Below, in pieces: positions 56,575 to 64,000 of a stretch of 64,000 bases of DNA. The translations under genes and the position numbers were made by a program. Every line of letters starts with the position of its first letter. Positions within the stretch are counted from its first letter, which is position 1. The DNA comes from Eledone cirrhosa (Eukaryota). The stretch covers positions 70,742,001 through 70,806,000 of the forward strand of contig OZ024743.1 of assembly GCA_964016885.1 (NCBI GenBank), written 5' to 3'. A model generated the notes under the pieces. That model was given only the letters and a program-made list of their open reading frames with translations. It ran no database searches and was not told the origin of the DNA.

Positions 56575-56980
56575 TGCCCTCTGTCTCTCTCTCTCTCTTG
56601 CCCTCTCTGTCTCTCTCTCTCTCTCTCTTGCTCTCTCTGTCTCTCTTGCCCTCTCTGTCTCTCCCTCTTGCTCTCTCTGTCTCTCTCTCCCTCCTGCTCT
56701 CTTTGTCTCTCTCTCTGTCTCTCTTTCTTGCCCTCTCTCTCTCTGTTGTCCTCTCTGTCTCTCTTTCTTGCCCTCTTTATCTGACTCTCTCTCTCATGCC
56801 CTCTTACTCTCTCTCCCTCTCTGTCTCTTTCTCTCTTGCCCTCTCTGTCTCTCTCCCTCTTACAATCTCTGTCTCTCCCCTTCTTACTTTCTCTCTTGCC
56901 CTCTCGCTCTCTCTCTCCCTCTTACTCTCTCTGTCTCTCTCCCACTTTCCCTCTCTGCCTCTCTCTCTTTCTCTCTCATA
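56575..56980. repeat. (CT)n-derived repeat with CTTGCCCTCTCTGT units
   Basis: Direct inspection. Confidence 0.9.
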
Positions 56981-57137
56981 CATACACACACACACATATA
57001 TATATATACATACACACACACATACATACACACATGTGCAAAGCCGGCAAAAAAAATCACGGAAAAACAATACAATGGGATATATATGCCTGAGAATATG
57101 TGTGTGTGTATGTATGTATATATATATATATATATAT

Positions 57138-57731
57138 GTCAGGTCACCAGTTGGTGCTACTGGTAACATGTATCCAAGTACAACCTGTCGGGTCGTTGGC
57201 GACTAAACTGGCAACCCCACCAAGGTTTCTTGGTGAGGAGGGTGACTTTGGACATCCTGCAGGACTAAAAACAAAACCTGTCAAAGGGCAAAGGAGCTCT
57301 TAAGAGTCAATGGCCATCCAAAATCACCGCGAGAGATGACCCCTTAGCCTTTGTCAAGGTAGAATTCTAGGAGAAGGAAAACTCTGATATAACACCTGCA
57401 ACTCTGATGGTATCCAATGATGTTGACTTGTTCTTCTTTTTGGTAAATATCATCTTGGTTAAGAGAGTGGGACTGGCTTTGTGCAGTGCCTTTGCTCTCT
57501 ATAAAAGCTTCACGGCAGAGGCATTGCTTTATATCTGGAGATCTCTCTGCACTTGTCGTCACATGGTACCATGGGCCCAGCACTGTCAATAATTGTCACA
57601 AGTGTAGTGTTTGTACCAGAGTTTTCAAGTCGCTGGCTGGACTAAAAAGTCAAACTCGTTCAGCGCATCGGTAGGGGTTCTCCTGCATGGATATAAAGTA
57701 GTGGCCGTACTCGAAAACGAGTTGGCAGCCA

Positions 57732-57733
<2 letters not shown>
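57138..57733 (+). mobile_element. Bipartite non-autonomous RTE derivative, full length with small deletions
   Basis: Reverse complement of 13287-13894; (TA)n on both sides. Confidence 0.93.
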
Positions 57734-57799
<66 letters not shown>

Positions 57800-58624
57800 A
57801 GAACCTGTGTATATGTGCACATCCACACCCATTTTTTTTTTGACTGGTGACAACAATAAATAAGGAAAACTTTATAATTTCTTATCTTGGCAACTTGACA
57901 GTAAGGATGTTCTTCGTTATTCCCAGAGCCATTTCTTTAGACAATGTTACAAAGACGGCATTTCTCAACTTAATTCCTTGATTAATTCTTGTCAAATCAG
58001 GTCAAATTCTGCAGACTTGGGAGACAATATCATTTATTTGTTGTTTTACTGTTTTCAGTCGTTAGATACCGGCCATGCTGGCGCCCCATCGTCTTAAAAG
58101 TATTTACTCGACCATTTTGTTTATCGATTTCTACCTGGCGAACCGCTAAGTTTCAAAATACTGGTTCAGTGATTAGATTGTGGCCATGCTGGGGCACCAC
58201 CACCTTAAAAGTATTTAGTTCGACCACGGTGCTTATATTCTTTCTCAGCTCTGATACATATTTTATCGATTTCTGTTTCACAAACTGCTTAGTTACAAGG
58301 CATACACACACACACGCACACGCGCACGCACACATATACACATATACACGCACATATATACATACACACGCACACACACACTGTGTTTGTGTATTTCTTA
58401 TGTAATACTGACCTTAGATTTGAATAAGTCATTCAATACATTACTGTTTTCAAACAAACACATGCCAGGGACAACAACAACAATAACAACAACATATGTA
58501 AGTGTGTGGTGTGTGTGGGGGGGGGGAATACTACAACAACAGTGGCATGTGTGTTGTTGTGGGAAGGCCACAATTAATACAACGGCAATAAGAACAACAA
58601 CATATGTGATGTGGGAGGGATTCA

Positions 58625-59045
58625 ACTAATAGAACAGTAGCAACAACAACAATAGCAACAGTAGCAATAAGAGCAACAACAACAACAGTAGCAATAAGAG
58701 CAACAACAACAGTAGCAATAAGAGCAACATATGTGATGGAGTGATGTGGGAGGGTTACAACAGCAACAGTAGCAACAACAACAGTAGCAATAAGAGCAAC
58801 AACATGGAATGGTGTAGTGGAGAGGTGTTGTAATGGTGTAGTGTGGTGAGGTATTGTAATAGTATGGTGGAGGGGTGTTGTAATGGTATGGTGGAGGGGT
58901 GTTGTAATGGTATGGTGGAGGGGTGTTGTATTGGTGTGGTGGAGGGGTGTTGTATTGGTGTAGTGGAGGGGTGTTGTATTGGTGTAGTGTGGTGAAGGGG
59001 TGTTGTATTGGTGTAGTGTAGTGGAGGGGTGTTGTAATGGTGATA
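58625..59045. repeat. (CAA/TAG) and ~26-bp GGAGGGGTGTTGTA.TGGT minisatellites
   Basis: Direct inspection. Confidence 0.85.
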
Positions 59046-59348
59046 TAACAACACATGTAAAGGTTTGTGGAGGTGTGTGGAGGGTTATAATAGTTGTGAT
59101 ACAACGACAATGTAAGAACAACACTAACACATGTAAGGTTGTGTGTGGAATGTGTGTGTGAGTGTGTGTTCTAGGAACGTGTGTGTGTGTGTGTTCTAGG
59201 AAATATGTATATGTATGTGTGTGTGGAAGATGTTTGTGTGTTGTGTGGAACATGTTTGTGAGGAAGGTGTGTATGGTTGTGGTTGAGTGTGTGTGTATGT
59301 GTATGGGGAACATGTATGTGTGTGTGAAGAGCATGTGTGTGTATGTGG

Positions 59349-59383
<35 letters not shown>

Positions 59384-59834
59384 ATGAGGAACATGTGTGT
59401 ATGTATGTGTTATTGTTGTGTATGTGATATAAAAGAAACAACGAGGTCTTTGATAATTACCAATATTTGTGTTATCATTATATATTACCACACCCTGTTT
59501 CTTTTTGAACTTGGCGGTGACACTGGTAGTGGTGGTGGTGGTACTGGTGGTAGTGGTGGTGGTTGTAGTGGTGGTAGTGATGGTTGTATTAGTGGTAGTA
59601 GTGATTGTGGTGGACTGGTGGTGATGGAGGTGGTGGTGTTAGCTATAGTGATAGTGGTGCTCTTAGCCGTATTGTTGGGAAGTGAGATTCTGTTCCTAGA
59701 GACGGTGGGGTGGGGTGATGGAGGCCAGTGCTGATAATGGCGAGGAATTAGTTAAGTATGTTTGATGTGGGGGTGGTAGTGGTGGAGGACTGTGATGGTG
59801 GAGTTGGGGTGGTATTATGGACGCTGATGATGTT

Positions 59835-60830
59835 GGTGGTGGTGAGAATGGCGATAGTGATGCTGGTGGTGGTGGTGTTGAGAATGGCGATAGTAATGCT
59901 GATGGTGGTGGTAGTGGTGTTGAGAATGGCGATAGTGATGATGATGATGGTGGTGGTGGTGTTGAGAATGGCGATAGTGATGATGATGGTGGTGGTGGTG
60001 TTGAGAATGGCGATAGTGATGCTGGTGGTGGTGGTGGTGAGAATGGCGATAGTGATGATGGTGGTGGTGGTGTTGAGAATGGCGATAGTAATGCTGGTGG
60101 TGGTGGTGAGAATGGCGATAGTGATGCTGGTGGTGGTGGTGGTGGTGGTGAGAATGGCGATAGTGATGATGATGATGGTGGTGGTGGTGTTGAGAACGGC
60201 GATAGTGATGATGGTGGTGGTGGTGTTGAGAATGGCGATAGTAATGCTGGTGGTGGTGGTGGTGGTGAGAATGGCGATAGTGATGATGGTGGTGGTGGTG
60301 TTGGTGAGAATGGCGATAGTGATGATGATGGTGGTGGTGTTGAGAACGGCGATAGTGATGATGGTGGTGGTGGTGTTGAGAATGACGATAGTAATGCTGG
60401 TGGTGGTGGTGGTGGTGAGAATGGCGATAGTGATGATGGTGGTGGTGGTGTTGGTGAGAATGGCGATAGTGATGATGATGATGGTGGTAGTGGTGTTGAG
60501 AATGGCGATAGTGATGATGATGGTGGTGGTGGTGTTGAGAATGGCGATAGTGATGATGATGGTGGTGGTGGTGTTGAGAATGGCGATAGTAATGCTGGTG
60601 GTGGTGGTGGTGTTGAGAATGGCGATAGTGATGATGATGGTGGTGGTGGTGTTGAGAATGGCGATAGTAATGCTGGTGGTGGTGGTGGTGTTGAGAATGG
60701 CGATAGTAATGCTGGTGGTGGTGGTGGTGTTGAGTGGCGATAGTGATGATGATGGTGGTGGTGGTGGTGGTGGTGTTGAGAATGGCGATAGTAATGCTGG
60801 TGGTGGTGATGGTGGTGAGAATGAAGATAA
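59835..60830. repeat. Minisatellite GAGAATGGCGATAGT(RAT)n(GGT)n
   Basis: About 24 variable-length units. Confidence 0.93.
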
Positions 60831-61056
60831 GAATGATGATCGTGATATTGTTGATAAGATAGAAATGGTGGTGGTGGTGATGGTGGTGATGGTGGGGGTA
60901 AAGATAACAGCTCTATAAGTGGAAATAGTGACTTGTTTGTTTATATCTTTTGTTTGATGGTGGTGGTCGTGGATGGAAGAGGGTGGTGTGGACGTCAGGA
61001 ACAGTCACACAGCTTACATTGTGTCAGAGATACACCACAGTTGTTACACGTTTTAC

Positions 61057-61300
61057 CGCCACGTGGCTTAGTGGTTAGGGTGTTAGACTCAGAATCATAA
61101 GATCACGGGTTCAGTTCCTGGACTGGGTGGTGCCTTGTACTCTGGAGCAAGACGTTTCATTTCACATTGCTCCTCGCTATTCATATGATAAAAAAAATAT
61201 AGTACCATTAATACCAGCTTGGGATTAGTCCTGCAACGGATTGGCGTTCTGTTCATGATAGGAACTGGGACTCTGTCATTAACACACCCGAGAAACCTTC
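61057..61300 (+). mobile_element. SINE family B, decayed
   Basis: GTGGCTTAGTGG A box, GGTTCAGTTCC B box, GAGCAAGAC. Confidence 0.7.
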
Positions 61301-61314
61301 AATGTGATGCAACC

Positions 61315-61600
61315 TTGCAAGTCTAAAGTCTGTCACAAGCCAGAAGGCACGCCAGGCCGGTGCTTATCCAAGTTTCGTGGCGTGAAGCGACTGAGAGTAC
61401 AAGACTTCCCCTGGACAAGACGCCAGTCCATCGCAAGGTAAAACAACCAGATATTTCTGGTACACATTTTCAGCTGAGTATACTGGAGCAACGTGAAATG
61501 AAATGTTTTGCACAAGACCACAACACACAACCCAGCCTAGGAATCGAACCCACGGCATTATGATCGTAGGTCCAACACCCTTACCACTAGGTCGTGCCTC
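61315..61600 (-). mobile_element. SINE family B
   Basis: Homologous to 3083-3370. Confidence 0.82.
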
Positions 61601-62235
61601 TACTAACCTCGTACGTGGCGGGCTAAACCTGTATGGCTGTGAGCTGGTTAGAGGTGGTATTGAAGATGATGGTGATGATGATAAGAATGGTGAAGGCAGT
61701 TATGATGGAAGTGGTGATGGTGGTGATAAGAATGGTGAGGGAAGTGATGGAGGTAGTGGTGGTGGAGGCGATGGTGATGGTGATGGTAGCAGTGATGATA
61801 AAGGTGATGGTGAGGGTAGTGATGAAGGTAGTGGTGGTGGTGGTGGCGATGGTGGTGAAGATGGTAATAAGAATGGTGAGAGTAGTGATGATAGTAGTGG
61901 TGTTGGTGGTAATAATTGGATTGTAAGAATGAGGGGCTGTTTGTTTGAAAGAAGCGCCATCTGGTTCAATGGAAGAGCAGGTGGAGGCCACCAGGAGCGC
62001 TGCCTTCTATTCATCTGCTTCATTGGTTAATCAACATTCCACTATTGTTTATATAATAATAAACTCTTCTGCACTAACATCATATGGATGGATGGCTGGA
62101 TGGTTAGATGGCTGGCTGGCTGGCTGGTTGGTTGTCTTATATGTGGTTCACCAGACTTGTTAGATAACAGCTGCTGCTTTACACATTCAATAAATTATCA
62201 CACACTACCCCCCATCCTCTCTGTCTCTGTACACA

Positions 62236-62304
<69 letters not shown>

Positions 62305-62469
62305 GCAGCGTATAGAGATACATATATGGATCTTTCTCTCTCATTGTCACTTCGTCTCATCCCCCCTCATGAATATTAGCTTTAATCAAGTTTCAATGAT
62401 TCTGTTTTGTATAATTTCCTTAGTCATGAAGTTTAAATTGATTGTTTTAGTCATTTTATTTTGTATAGG

Positions 62470-63062
62470 AGCTGAATTGAGAGATCGCAGCTTTGATGCT
62501 ATGGCATGTAGTTAGAATGTCTCAGGAAAGAATCACTGGACAGATTTGTAGCTCGGAGATCAGAGAGTCACTTCGGGTAGAGGTGCTTCTTCTCCGAATT
62601 AAGAGATCACAGCTTTGATTCTATAGGAATGTGGTTAGAATACCACATAAAAGAATCACTGGGCAGATTCATAGCTCAGAGATCAGTGTGTTACTCCAGG
62701 TAGACCCACTACTTCTCCGAACTGAGAGATCACAGCTCCAATACTATGGGCATGTGGTTAGAATGCCCCAAAAATGAATCTCGGAATTGAAAAATCGCAG
62801 CTCTGATACTATGGGCATGTGGTTAGAATGTATCAGGAAAGAATCGCTGGACAGATTTTACAGGCAAAACCAACTGACAGGAGAGACAGGGGTAGACTCC
62901 GAACAAAATGGTTGGATAATATCCATGAGCTTGGCTGGTCTCGCTTGGGGATCCAGCCGGATCAGTTGGAAAACGTTTTCTTGTGACAGGATCGGCTGGA
63001 AGGAGTGTTTGAGGACTCTGCCGCCATGACACTCTCAGGAATAAATGAGCGAAGAAGAAAAG
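62470..63062 (+). mobile_element. Decayed RTE/Expander-like 3' fragment with internal ~120-bp tandem reiteration
   Basis: GAGATCACAGCT..ATGTGGTTAGAAT occurs four times; homologous to 27470-27760; another end fragment at ~63890-63950. Confidence 0.7.
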
Positions 63063-63098
63063 TATAATTTTTAGTGTCATGTAGCTTAATCGAGCTTA

Positions 63099-63281
63099 GT
63101 GGTTTGGCAGTATCGGTAGAGCGTCAGACACCATGTTTTGCAGCATAGTTATGGCCCTTTGCGTTCTGAGTTCAAATCCGCCGAGGTTAACTTTGCCTTT
63201 CATCCTTACGAGGTCGATAAAATAAAGTACCAGTGGTGCATTGGGGTAATCGCTGGCCTTGTGCCAAAAGTAGAAACAATA
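63099..63281 (+). mobile_element. SINE family A
   Basis: A and B boxes plus core. Confidence 0.9.
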
Positions 63282-64000
63282 TTTTCAAATATACCTCTGC
63301 CAAAACAGCCCCTATTATTTCAAACATATATCTTGGACTGCATTATCCCATGTGCAGTTTATTATACGAGATATAGTAGGGTGTGATTTCAAGATTTCGT
63401 TGTTATGTCAATAAGGTCGGAGAAACACTTAGAAGTGTCTTATAGTTGTTGGTAGTGGATTCAACTAGTAAAAATGAGTTGTCTTGTCAACCTTGCTACA
63501 CACACTGTCGAGCTGAATCTCCCTAAGAATTATATTAGGAATACACATCTCTGTAGAATGCTTATCAACCACTTGTACAGTAATTCCACCAATAGGTTGT
63601 TCCGTTGATCAAATGATTGGAACCGACGGAGGCCCACCATATAATACTACCTTACCGTTGTGCTTTGCCGCAGTTTTCGTCTGATCATATTGCAACGTTT
63701 GTTGTTTTGCTTCTTGTAGAAATATATGTTTTATTGGCCAGACGGTCCATCTGTTGTCCAAACCCTTTGTGAAGAGGGATCGGTCTGCGGTATCTGAAGA
63801 TGTGCTGACATGGCTTGAAGCTGTAGCATATGCAAATTACAAAACAACCTGATCAGGATATTGTGACATTTTCGTATCTCACCCTATTTGAAGAAGTGTT
63901 TGAGGACTCTTCCCCCATGACCCCCTCAAGAATAAGTGGGCGAAGGGGAAGATCTGGCTAAGTATTCCACTAACACGTGCACTCTCAATGTAGTTTTCGG

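Noticed and set aside
59758-60918. GGGGVENGDSDDD repeat protein
   Set aside because: Trinucleotide-based minisatellite that is stop-free by composition; alternative frames are equally open

Overview
AT-rich, microsatellite-saturated eukaryotic DNA. The repeat content suggests an animal, probably a cephalopod or other mollusc (inference). It contains one 200-N gap and no recognisable host protein-coding gene; almost all ORFs in the supplied track are translations of microsatellites. The real coding content is retroelement debris: a Neptune-type Penelope-like element (PLE; RT + GIY-YIG) arranged as a ~4.3 kb fold-back, RTE LINEs ending in three C2H2 fingers, R4/Dong-type and CRE-type restriction-like-endonuclease (RLE) LINEs, a Tx1/L1-like 3' end, a ~607 bp bipartite non-autonomous RTE family, two tRNA-SINE families and hAT-type MITEs. 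The most interesting signal is at the RNA level. About a dozen minimal type-I hammerhead ribozyme motifs from several families occur here, many inside asymmetric palindromes fused to (TA)n. The longer arm of these palindromes carries a tail with a shared ACTC-[variable stem]-GAGT-RC stem-loop, seen about 13 times across otherwise dissimilar families. All coordinates were read by eye; boundaries inside microsatellites are approximate.
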